Positions 1-11,520 of a stretch of 64,000 nucleotides of DNA are shown here, in pieces. Every line of letters starts with the position of its first letter. The first letter of the stretch is position 1. The translations under genes and the position numbers were made by a program. Source of the DNA: Schmidtea polychroa (Eukaryota); NCBI GenBank assembly GCA_044892525.1, contig CM097885.1, positions 12,030,001-12,094,000 of the forward strand, written 5' to 3'. The notes under the pieces are model-generated. The model ran no database searches and was not told the origin of the DNA. It saw only the letters and a program-made list of their open reading frames with translations.

Positions 1-137
1 GCGTACTGTAATTTTGTTTTAAAGAATTATGTAAAGTTTACGGTAACGAAGATCTATTTAATAAATGAAAAAGGCTTTAAAAAATTTTATTGTTAAATAA
101 AAATTAAAAACTATATATGTAGATATTTATTAAAATG

Positions 138-244
138 CTTGAAGACTATGAATCAGTAAAAATTTTGATTTTTTGGCTCTGCCATTTTCAATAATTTGTG
201 AATATCAAAAACATCGATATATTTACTGATTCATAGTCTTCAAG
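138..244. repeat. Inverted-repeat module of a dispersed AT-rich repeat family
   Basis: 23-bp arms cttgaagactatgaatcagtaaa (138-160) and tttactgattcatagtcttcaag (222-244); related gactatgaatcagtaaa / atcgat motifs recur near 43848, 54040 and 62320. Confidence 0.7.
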
Positions 245-1039
245 TTTTTACGAATAGTCACTCCAAAATAACACATACTACAAAATACTATACTGCTTTA
301 GGGATAAATAAGGACACAGACTTGGGTTAGGCTTTAAATTTTACTGCATTTAGATTGGATATGTTCTGAAATATGAAAAATCTACGAATAATGATTTCGA
401 AATTATTTGAAAATTTTTATTGACTTTTAAATAAGAAACATCTTTGAACCACGAAAAGTGCATTTTCTGTGCTTTTCGTTAAAAATAATAAAAATATGTC
501 ACTGTCTTAGAAAAGAGTGTAAAAAAGAAAGAAAGAACGTTTTGTATATGTAAATATTTGATATATTTACTTTGAAACATTATTCATAACATTTAATCAG
601 GCAAATCAAGAAAGGAAATAATTAATTATATTACAATAATAATTAATTTAAAATATAGAAATCGACCAAAATTAAAATTAAAATTTTCCGAAAAATCCTT
701 TTTTGCATTTGGTACCATTTGGCGCCTCTCTGTGTGTGGCATGATAGACTCCCTTGCTCCCTTCAATACGCAACCTTTTGCAAATCTGATAAAAATGTTA
801 TTTATTAATGTAATCTTAAATGGAATTTAAAAAACAGATAGTTTTCAAAATGTGAAGTTTTGTAAGACAACGGAAATTTTGGAACGCTGACCGTCTTAAA
901 ATAAACTGCAAATAGACTTATTGCAAATTCTTCTTTAAAGCTGAATTCTTTACCGGTCATGTTAGCTTTATTGTCATATCCTCGGAAATAAAAATATTTT
1001 TCCTATTCATTTAACTCAATTATGAAAACAAACAATGTA

Positions 1040-2111
1040 CACCCAACTCTTTTTTACACGGTCTTTTTTTACACGATTTTGAAATAACACGGTCCACAAA
1101 AAAGGCACAAATCTTCTTTTTTTGCACGAAATATTCGGTTTAACACTATTTCCAAAAAAATTATGGATAGTATTACTCATGCTTCTTTTGCCATAAAACA
1201 ACTGCGGACTTCTACCTTAAATGCTTGTTGGAAGAAAATATGGCCAGCATGTGTTAAAATTAGTAACTCTGTAATACAAAATGCAGTTGTGTGTTCTGAA
1301 ATTGTAACGCTTTCACACGAAATTGGTGGTGAGGGCTTTGAAAATATGCAAGTTGCGATATAGAGAAGTTGATGCTTGAAAACTTTTAGATGATGAGGAC
1401 TTGATTGAAGCTATAACAGTTAATGGTATTAATGAGAACCATAGTGACGAAGACGAAGGTGAAGGTGAAATGCATCAACTAACTTCTGATTTAATTCGCG
1501 ATGGCTTAAAATTTGGTACCAGTATGGAACAATTTTTTCTCTCTCATGATCCTAACTTGGAACGTGCATTAAAACTCCAACGGAATTTACAGGTTTGTAT
1601 GGCTGGCTATCAATAACTTTATAAGGAAGTTACAATAGCAATAATAACAATGCCAGCTTATAACAGATTTTATCATAAGAAAACCAATATCAGATTTGGT
1701 AGACCTAAGTGAGTAAAGCAATTTTAGTCAGTCTATAATAAAGTAGTGATTATAAAGTAGTGATAATAAATATTAGTTGCTAATTAAGACTTATATTTCG
1801 AATTTGAATTTAATTTATATGTATTTATGAATAAAAATTTTATTTGTTTTTTACTTATGGACTAAAATTACTATTATTATCTATTTTTAATAAAAACATG
1901 TATGGATTATATTTTGTAAAACTTATATAATATGGTTTCAAGATTTACTATTTTTTTGCACGGTTTTTTAGAACAACTAATGGTTCCTTTTTCTATTTTA
2001 CACGGTTTTCTATAATTGTAGAACACATCCTCAATTTTACTATGGTTAACATGTCTTTTTTTACACGATTTTCGTTCGAACGTATCTACCGTGTAAAAAA
2101 AGAGTTGGGTG
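1040..2111 (+). mobile_element. Internally deleted pogo/Tigger-family DNA transposon
   Basis: TIRs CACCCAACTCTTTTTTACACGG / CCGTGTAAAAAAAGAGTTGGGTG with TA on both sides (1038-1039, 2112-2113). Internal frameshifted fragments (TLNACWKKIWP, EIGGEGFENM, DPNLERALKLQR) resemble the C-terminus of Tigger-type transposases. Confidence 0.88.
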
Positions 2112-2441
2112 TACTTAAAATATTTCTTCAACAGATTTAGAAAGCAGTGGGTAAAAGAGATTTAAATATATTAACAGTGCCGACCATAAGATTGTTTTAC
2201 CGCCCTTTGTGAAATTCTTGACACATTACATCTTCATAGGAAACTATTCAATAAGTAATAAGAAAATATTCGAGAACTTATAAGTATTATTATAATATAT
2301 TACATTGCATTTTTTAAATAATACAAATATAATATATACTAATATTAATACATAAAACTCACAAGAAATTTAAATAATAAAGGATAATTATGATACATTT
2401 ATTTTTCTTGTTTTCATAGAAGTACTTAGTTCATTTAATAA

Positions 2442-3175
2442 TGCCTGGGACTGACTAAGAAAGTAACATGATAAACCAATCAAACCAATTGGTTTTGACA
2501 CCTACACGTATGTTTGTTTATGTGCATAAATTAAATAATCTGATTGGATGAGGTACGTACTTATAATTCCATTTTTTGTCAAATGAATGAGGTGAAATAC
2601 TATGAATGGAGGTTCTATGTACTTTAAAGAAGTCATCTGATGAAATATTTCGTCATATGACATATGCATATGACAACATATATCTTTCTAGATCCACAAT
2701 ATATTGTTGCAAATCATTATTCAATCATGGTCGTGAAATTGTGCACCATGATTATTTCAATGTTGGTAGACAAAAATGATCAAAAAATGACGCAATGTGA
2801 GGCGATTATTCATTCTGAAAGACGAATTAAGGTGGGTGAAATAGCAGAGTTACTTAAAAAATGTGTTGGCAGTTGTTACAACATCATTGGGAAATTAGGC
2901 TATCGCAAATTATGCTGACGATTTGTTCCAAAGATTTTCTCTCCTGGCATGAAGGAAATGCGCCTCAACAGCACACTGTCAAATTTGCAACTGTTGAATC
3001 AATGTGTCGACGCATTTATTAATAATATTGTTACTGAGGATGAGACACCTTTTTCATTATACTTACCTGAAACCAAATGGGAATCATCTGAATGGAGAGA
3101 TGTAGAAGAGAAACCCACTCTAAATATGATAAGTGGCACCTCACATCGAAAACAACTGATGTTCATATTATTGAA
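2442..3175 (+). mobile_element. Decayed, 3'-truncated mariner transposase
   Basis: ERRIKVGEIAELL..GSCYNIIGKLGYRKLC*RFVPR matches the mariner HTH and WVPR linker; FINNIVTEDETPFSLYLPETKWESSEW matches the first catalytic Asp motif (IVTGDETW..PETK.QS.EW). Contains stops and frameshifts. The 5' boundary is approximate. Confidence 0.85.
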
Positions 3176-4320
3176 GTGTTCTGCAAAGTAATTTTGGCGC
3201 TCTTCTCATATGGCACCCAAATACAGCACGTCTATTGATTATTTTTAGGAGTCGATACTGAATATTGAAATATCTTCAATTAATGGCTTCTTTAATCAAA
3301 GACTCTCGGTATGCCACTCATTAACAGCCGACTCCAGCACCCTAAGGTAAATTACTGAAAGAAAATACAAAAATAATTGAATTTCATTAGATAAAACCAA
3401 TTAGTGCTCTGTTTTAATTTCAAGTATTCACAGCATTATGCACATTAATGTTCTGATCCAATGACTTTATCAATAAAGTTTCACAAATTATTCCCAATAG
3501 TTTTAAAAATTTTAAAATGAAACATATCTATTTTTTTCTTACAGTCCTCATACATATTGCATACTTTACATGGATTTGACAAAATCTTATAATTCAAATT
3601 TCACAACAGCTTGCTTATCCTTCTTTTGTAATCTGTAGAACCTTCTGAGTACAGCAATATCAACATAAATTACAGCTCATCGTCCTTACACTTGCTATTT
3701 AATTTATTAAACTTATTATCTAACTACCTTATACGAATAAAATTACACCCAAATTTCTTAAACATGGATCTTTAGAATTTTTAATAGATTTATTTGATTA
3801 TTTTACTTGTCCATAGTTCAACTTTAGTCAAATATTTCATATAAAGTTTATTTTTAAGACATTTTTTTCATATTTTAAGGCAATACATTAAGGCATGTAC
3901 ATTCAAATACATTCAAATAATAATAATAATTATAATAAATTTTTTAATTTAATTTTTGAAATTTTTAATTATTAAAGATTTATTTCACTTCCTACTGTTT
4001 ATTTTCTTTACTTTGTAAAGCGCAAATCAGTACAGTAATAACAATGCAATATTGTTCAACTTTAGAATAAAATCCTTTAATGTCTATTTTTGTTTTGTAT
4101 TATTTTATAAGATTTTAGTAAATAAAAGTCTCCTTGTATAATAATAATGAAAACCACATTTTCTTTTCGCAATTATTATCTCATAATTAAAAATAATTTT
4201 ACATAAATAATTTTAAACTGTATTTTTAATAATAATAAAATTCCGAATTTCATTTTTTATTAAAAAAATTAAATTAAATAATTAAAAATAATTAAATACT
4301 TTTAACAAATATATATAAAT

Positions 4321-4380
4321 ACAATGTCAATTGAAAAGAAATCAGTGGTGAAATTTGAAAAAAAGTTCTTATAATAAATA
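4321..4380. repeat. Terminus of a dispersed repeat family (aatgtcaattgaaaagaaatcagtggtgaaatttgaaaaaagttcttataa)
   Basis: The same ~55-bp motif occurs at ~43886-43938, ~54115-54165 and ~62950-63002, and inverted at ~62242-62308. Confidence 0.75.
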
Positions 4381-4869
4381 AAGGTTTAAAAAATATTTTT
4401 ATTTTTTTACATTAAAACTAGTTTGATTTTTTTATATTAAATGAAAAATAATTTTCAATTTACAATATTTTTATTATTCTTTTAGACTAATTAAATTATT
4501 GTTATTCTTTTTATTTAAACAATTTATTTCAATATTACCCATTTTGGAGATCTAAAAACCCATTTTTATATTTTTAGTTTTTTTTATTTTGGAGGCTGGA
4601 CCCTCGGATTGATTGAATGAAAAAATCTCACTTTTACTTTTATTGGAAGAAACACTTCCAATACTACTTTTTATAAGAAACTTTATTTGCTCATTTAATG
4701 TTCAATACTTTCAAATTGATTCCTTCCGCCAAAATAAATACTTCAGAATTCAGAAGAGTAATATTTTCCTTGTCTTTATGGACTAAACTCCCTGAGCTTT
4801 ACCTACATTTGTTGGCCAACTGTACCACATCTGCTTTGATCTCATATATGATTACTGAGGGGTCTTTAA

Positions 4870-5643
4870 AAAATGAAGAATAAAATATGAAATTTATTTG
4901 TCTTTTTCATGTAAACAGTTGGTGTTAAGTTACTCTCAATTTATCTTTCATTCATGCTTTTCTTTAAAGAGATTTCAAGTTGAGAGCCCGAAAGACTACC
5001 TTGAGACTCGAGCTTTTCTGGTTCAAAATTTACTGTAGTTTCAGCCATAACCAAAGTGCAATTGTGCAAAAATGTTTTCACGACGTGTTCTAATAATTTT
5101 AATGCCAGACACATTTCTTGAACTTTTAGGCGTCTTCTTTGAAAATGTAATTTATAAATCCAAGAACGTCAATTTATTTTTCAATGAAACTCTTAACTCC
5201 AAAAATCTTTTCAACATTCCAATTAATGAACCCCATCTGGTTTTGACGTCCAGAACAAGACACCAAATAGAAGTCACTGAATAGAAGCCAACTTTGGCTC
5301 TCATACGAGCAAGAATTTCTACGAGGGATGGTTTGTTACTGGGAAAGTAGTCTGTGACCTTGTGCTTCTTACAACCTGGCTCTTCTGAACGTATGACAAA
5401 GGGGGTAATTTCAAGAATGTTTCAGAAAGTGCGTTGAAGTCTATTTGATGATTTTTCAAAAAATGAGTGAACAATTCTTTAGTCGATTCCCAATTTGTAC
5501 TGATTTCCTTGAGACATTTGACGCACATCGCCTCGTTACCATTTTCTTAAATAAAATATTGCCAAGCTTTAAATATTGGAAGAAACATTCAAGGTAAAAT
5601 GACTCTGAATTTTGATTATTTATTCGGTGATGGTGGCACTGAT
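4870..5643 (-). mobile_element. Decayed, internally deleted hAT-superfamily transposase gene
   Basis: The minus strand reads KAWQYFI*ENGNEAMCVKCLKEISTNWESTKELFTHFLKNH (BED zinc finger, ~5570-5445) and LVLDVKTRWGSLIGMLKRFLELR (hAT DVxTRWNS motif, ~5260-5190). Stops are present; boundaries are approximate. Confidence 0.8.
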
Positions 5644-5761
5644 CTAAAGACATTTAAAATCACAAGGAAGTAGGTAGATAGTAGCCCACTGCAACAATTA
5701 CCCCCCCCCCCGGGAGGGGGGTTGTTGCAACTTTTTTTTTGTTGCAACTTTTGATTACGCA

Positions 5762-8370
5762 ATTTTTCAGACTATAGTGAGGGGGTCTCGATGGTCCTAG
5801 GATTTTCAATACAAAAAATTTTTTTCTATACAAAAACGATGGTCCTGGGATTTTCAATACAAAAAAAATTTTTCTATACAAAAATCCGACTACCACTAAA
5901 AAAGCATGGAATTTTCACACTATAGTGAGGGGGTCTCGATGGTCCTGGGATTTTCAATACAAAAAATTTTTTTCTATACAAAAATTCTACTATCAATAAA
6001 AAAGCCAAGGATTTATCACGCTATAGTGAGGTGAGTCTCCTTGGTCCTGAGAAATAGGTGGTCTACACTAAAAAACGTGGTAATTTAAGGTCTCGGGATA
6101 TTTTCAATACAAAAAGCTGGTCTACACTAAAAAAGCATGGTAATTTAAGGTCTCAGGATATTTTCAATACAAATAGGTGGTCTACACTAAAAAAGCCAAG
6201 GATTTTTCAGACTATAGTGAGGTGAGTCTCCTTGGTCCTGAGAAATAGGTGGTCTACACTAAAAAACGTGGTAAATTTTTCAATTAAAGTAAATAATGGT
6301 TCTAAAAAATTAAATTAAAGTAAATTAAGGTTCTAAAAATTAAATTACAGTAAATAATGGTTCTAAAAAATTAAATTAAAATAAATTATGGTCCAAATTT
6401 TTAAATTAAAGTAAATTATGGTTCTAAAAAATTAAATGACAGTAAATTATGGTTCTAAATTTTATATTAAAGTTAATTATGGTTCTAAATTTTAAATTAA
6501 AGTTAATTAAGGTCCAAATTTTTAAATTAAAGTAAATAATGGTTCTAAAAATTAAATTAAAGTTAATTAAGGTCCAAATTTTTAAATTAAAGTAAATAAT
6601 GGTTCTAAAAATTAAATTAAAGTAAATTAAGGTTCTAAAAAATTAAAATAAAGTAAATTAAGGTCTAAATTTTTAAATTAAGTAATCAATGGTAAAAAAT
6701 TTTAAATAAATAGGTGGTCTACACTAAAAAACGTGGTAATTTAAGGTCTCAGGATTTTTTTTTACAAAAAGGCGGTCTTCAATAAAGAAGCATGGTAATT
6801 TAAGGTCTCAGGATATTTTCAATACAAAAAGCTGGTCTACACTAAAAAAGCATGGTAATTTAAGGTCTCAGGATATTTTCAATACAAAAAGGCGGTCTTC
6901 AATAAAGAATCATGGTAATTTAATGTCTCAGGATATTTTCAATAAAAAAATCCGACTATCAATAAAAAAGCATGGTAATTTAAGGTCTCAGGATATTTTC
7001 AATACAAAAAGCTGGTCTACACTAAAAAGCATGGTAATTTAAGGTCTCAGGATATTTTCAATACAAAAAGGCGATCTTCAATAAAGAAGCATGGTAATTT
7101 AAGGTCTCAGGATATTTTCAATACAAAAATCCGACTATCAATAAAAAAGCATGGTAATTTAAGGTCTCAGGATATTTTCAATACAAAAGCTGGTCTTCAA
7201 TAAAAAAGCATGGTAATTTAAGGTCTCAGGATATTTTCAATACAAAAAGCTGGTCTACACTAAAAAAGCATGGTAATTTAAGGTCTCAGGATATTTTCAA
7301 TACAAAAATCCGACTATCACTAAAAAAAGCATGGATTTTTCGAATTAAATTAAGGTGGGTCTCCTTGGTCCTGAGAAAAAGGTGGTCTACACTAAAAAAC
7401 GTGGTAAATTTTTCAATTAAAGTAAATAATGGTCAAATTTTTCAATTACAATAAATTATGGTCCTAAAAATTAAATTATAGTAAATTATGGTCAAAATTT
7501 TTCAAATACAGTAAATTATGATCCAAAAAATTAAATTAAAGTAAATTATGGTTCTAAAAAATTAAATTACAGTAAATAATGGTCCTAAAAATTAAATTAC
7601 AGTAAATTATGGTCCTAAAAAAATTAAATTACAGTAAATTATTATCCAAATTTTTCAATTACAGTAAATAATGGTTCTAAAAATTAAATTATAGTAAATT
7701 ATGGTCAAAATTTTTCAAATACAGTAAATTATGGTCCAAAAAATTAAATTAAAGTAAATTATGGTTCTAAAAAATTAAATGACAGTAAATTATGGTTCTA
7801 AAAATTAAATGATAGTAAATTATGGCTCAAATTTTTAAATTACAGTAAATTATGGTTCAAATTTTTAAATTAAAGTAAATTATGGTTCTAAAAATTAAAT
7901 TATAGTAAATTATGGTCAAAATATTTCAAATACAGTAAATTATGGTCCAAAAAATTAAATTAAAGTAAATTATGGTTCTAAAAAATTAAATTACAGTAAA
8001 TTATGGTTCTAAAAATTAAATCATAGTAAATTATGGCTCAAATTTTTAAATTACAGTAAATTATGGTCCAAATTTTTAAATTAAAGTAAATTATGGTTCT
8101 AAAAAATTAAATTACAGTAAATTATGGCTCAAATTTTTAAATTAAAGTAAATTATGGTTCTAAAAATTAAATTAAATTAAGGTTCTAAATTTTAAATTAA
8201 AGTAAATTAAGGTTCTAAAAAATTAAAATAAAGTAAATTAAGGTCCAAATTTTTAAATTAAGTAATCAATGGTAAAAAATTTTAAATAAGTAAATTAAAG
8301 TAATAATTTTTAAATTAAGTAATCAATGGTAAAAAATTTTAAATAAGTAAATTAAAGTAAGATTTTAAAA
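5762..8370. repeat. Layered subterminal satellites: ~60-bp modular repeats (5762-6270, 6710-7410) alternating with ~30-31-bp arrays (6270-6710, 7410-8370); mirrored at ~20345-22720
   Basis: 60-mer core catggtaatttaaggtctcaggatattttcaatacaaaaa, 10 tandem copies at 6721-7330; 30/31-mer gtaaattatggttctaaaaaattaaattaca, dozens of copies. Confidence 0.95.
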
Positions 8371-8609
8371 TTTAATTACAAAAAGTTGAAGGTGTTTGAG
8401 AATTGAAATTTTTTAATGAAAATTTTCAATGGTAATTTTTAATGAGAATTTTTATGGAATATTTTTTTAAGTAATTTTTAATAGAAAATTTTATGAAATA
8501 TTTTTCAATGGTAATTTTTAATAGAAATTTTTATGAAATATTTTTCAATGATAATTTTAGATGGAAATTTTTATGAAATATTTTTCAAAGACAAATTTTA
8601 ATAATAATT

Positions 8610-9100
8610 CAACAACAAATCAACAACTTAGTACCAACAACCAGTAACTTACAAACATGTATTACCAACCAGATACCTACAACCAGTTACCTGATACCAA
8701 TTACTAACAACCAAAAACATACAACTAACTAGGTACCAGATACCAACTAGCTACCAAGTACTAACAACTAGTTACTAACAACCAGGTACTAAACACTGTC
8801 AACTAGATACCAAACACTTACAACCTACAACTAGTTACTAACAACTAGTTACCTGATACCAACTACTCAACAACCACCTACCAAGTACATACAACTAGTT
8901 ACTAACAACCAGTTACCTACAACTAGATACTAACAACTAGATACCAACAACCAGTTACCAACTACTAAGCATCATCAACCAACTACTAAGTACCTACAAC
9001 CAGTTACCAACTACTAAGCATCATCAACCAACTACTAAGCACCTACAACCACATACCCATTAACTAGATACCAAGTACTTACAACCAGGTGACCACATGA
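8610..9100. repeat. CA-rich degenerate minisatellite (acaactagttacta / acaaccagttacct variants); mirrored at ~19620-20105
   Basis: Repeated short units with strong strand asymmetry; similar units recur at 9700-9820 and 10330-10660. Confidence 0.85.
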
Positions 9101-10179
9101 AATTATTGGTTAAATAGGTATTTTAATGTTTAATTTTTAAATTAACTAATCAATGATCTAAAATATTAAAGTTAAAGTCAATTTAGAATGAAAGTTTTCT
9201 GGGATATTCAATGTTAATTTTAGATGCAAATCTTCGTCAATTAATCAATGACCACATGAAATTATTGGTTAAATATGAAAATAAGGATTATATTTAGTTG
9301 TTAAGTAAATTATGGTGTAAAATTAAGAAATAAAGAATAATTAGGTAAATTAAGGATAAGTAAAGTTAAAAATTTTAAATAAGTAAATTAAGGTTCAAAA
9401 TTTTAAATTAAAGAAAACAATGGTTTTAATTTTAAATTAAAGCTAAATGAGTAAATTAAAGTAATAATTTTTAAATAAGTAAATTAAGGTTCAAAATCTA
9501 AAATTAAGTAACCAATGGTTCAAATTTTTAATTAAAGCTAAATAAGTAAATTAAAGTAAGATTTTTAAATTTATTATCAAAATATTGAATAACTACCAAT
9601 TTTTTTGAGAAATGTAATTTTTAATGAAAATTTAAATGGAATAATAATAATTATAATAATAATAATAATAATAATAAAAATAATAATAATAATAATTCAA
9701 CAGTTACCAACAATCGGTTACTAAATATTTTTAACTAGGTGCTAACAAATACTTTCAACATGATACCACGTACTAACTAACTCTCAAACAACCACATACT
9801 TACAACTAACTACTTACAATCAACTAAATATTCTTTATTGTATTTTATGAAATGCTTTTTAAATTAATATTTTTTATACAGCTTCTATAATAATTTTAAT
9901 TACAATCAGTAGAAAAACCTTTTCAAAATGTCTAAATTTAACAAAAATGTTGATTTTCATCAAAAAATGAATAATTGTCAACTCTAACACCACGTGGAAT
10001 TCAAAATAATTTTAATTACAATGAAAGACTAATGAATTCTAATTTACAAAACATTTTTCTTTTAAATGATAACTACTGACTTATTATTGCAATGTAAAAA
10101 TCGCATTCAATAAATACTTATTATTGATCGGTTTTATTATATATACTCTGAGTTTATCCGACAGGATGTTTTGACCCCC

Positions 10180-10294
10180 TAAGGGTACAGGTCGTAAGGG
10201 TACTGGTCGTAAGGGTACTGGTCGTAAGGGTACTGGTCGTAAGGGTATTAGTCGTAAGGGTACTGGTCGTAAAGGTACTAGTCGTAGGGGTATT
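10180..10294. repeat. 15-bp tandem repeat (taagggtactggtcg) x ~7.7; mirrored at ~18422-18536
   Basis: Directly visible. A single inverted copy of the motif (agtacccttgcgac) lies near the other end of the nested element at ~13285-13298. Confidence 0.95.
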
Positions 10295-11177
10295 GATCAC
10301 TCTCAATCCCCACCTACTCATTAATTAGCTACCATGTACTAACCACTAGGTTTCAAACAACTAAATACTAAACACTTACAACCATGTACTAACAACCACC
10401 ATCAAAACCCATCGAGAAATTAACCAATATCAACCTACAACTAGATACTTACAACCAGATACCTGCTACCAAGTACTTACAACAAGATACCAAGTACCAA
10501 CAATCAACTAACCACACATAAAAATAATAGCAATTAAATACAAAATATTCTTCATCACATACAATATCTTCTTATCAAAATCTAAAAAGTCAATCAGATA
10601 CCTGCTACCAAGTACTTACAACAAGATACCAAGTACCAACAACTATGTACTAACAAATTGATCTTTAAAAGAAAAATACTCTTCACTTGAAAAATTGGAT
10701 GAAAAATTAATTGAACTCAAGGCATCAATAACTAGGTAAAAATTGATTAAATAATTGTAAAAATTTAAATTATTCGAAATAAATATCATAAAAATTTAAT
10801 TAATGGACAAGAAAAAATTCTAGTCATCCAGTAAATAAAAAACTACTGATCATTCAAGTTGAATCAACTAAGATAATAAATTAATAAGATAAGATCTAGT
10901 AGATAATTGATTTAGATTGAATAAATTAATTGAAATAAAATTAATTTTAATTATTTTTTTAAAAGTAATACATGTACTCAAATTGATTGACTGATTTCTC
11001 AATATATTCAAAAAAAAAATCAGTATAAATTCATTACAATTATCAAAGTCAGCAATCTACAATAAAAATAATTATCATTAAATTCCAAAAGAGACTAGAT
11101 AACTAATGATAACATCTAACAAACCAGTAAATTCATTCAAATGACAATAATTGGTATATCCAAGTGAATTCTCCAAT

Positions 11178-11520
11178 AAAATCATCTAAAAAGCATCATT
11201 TTCCCCTTAAATATATCAATATTTAAAGATTGGTATTTTAATGATAAATACTTGTTAAAGATCATATATTCCCCTCAGACTAATAAGATTCCTTAAAATC
11301 CCTTAAATGACTATATTTCAACCCTTAATTCATATTAATACAAATAATTCATTAAAATCATCTAAAAAGCATCATTTCCCCTAAATATATCAATATTTAA
11401 AGATTGATATTTTAATGATAAGTACCCGTAAAGGATCATATATTCCCCTCAGACTAATAAGATTCCTTGAAATCCCCTTTAAATGACTATAATTCTAACT
11501 TTAATTCGTATTATCACGAA
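11178..11520. repeat. ~175-bp direct duplication inside the nested element, followed by modular ~40-60-bp repeats at ~12020-12430
   Basis: aaaatcatctaaaaagcatcatt...gatcatatattcccctcagactaataagattcctt occurs at ~11179 and ~11354. Confidence 0.85.

Noticed and set aside
3200..3770. Minus-strand coding-like fragments with splice-like sites
   Set aside because: Multiple stops and no recognisable family.
5660..5896. ORF pair 5660-5896 (-) and 22614-22853 (+) with similar translations
   Set aside because: They are mirror read-throughs of the terminal repeats that run out into the flanks, with no protein-like features.
6710..7410. CRISPR-like repeat/spacer appearance of the 60-bp array
   Set aside because: The variable parts are a few recurring variants (gctggtctacact, ggcggtcttcaat, tccgactatcaat), not unique spacers. 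The context is eukaryotic with no cas genes.
10180..10294. Telomere-like repeat
   Set aside because: It contains taaggg but has a 15-bp unit, is short, and is tied to a transposon terminus.
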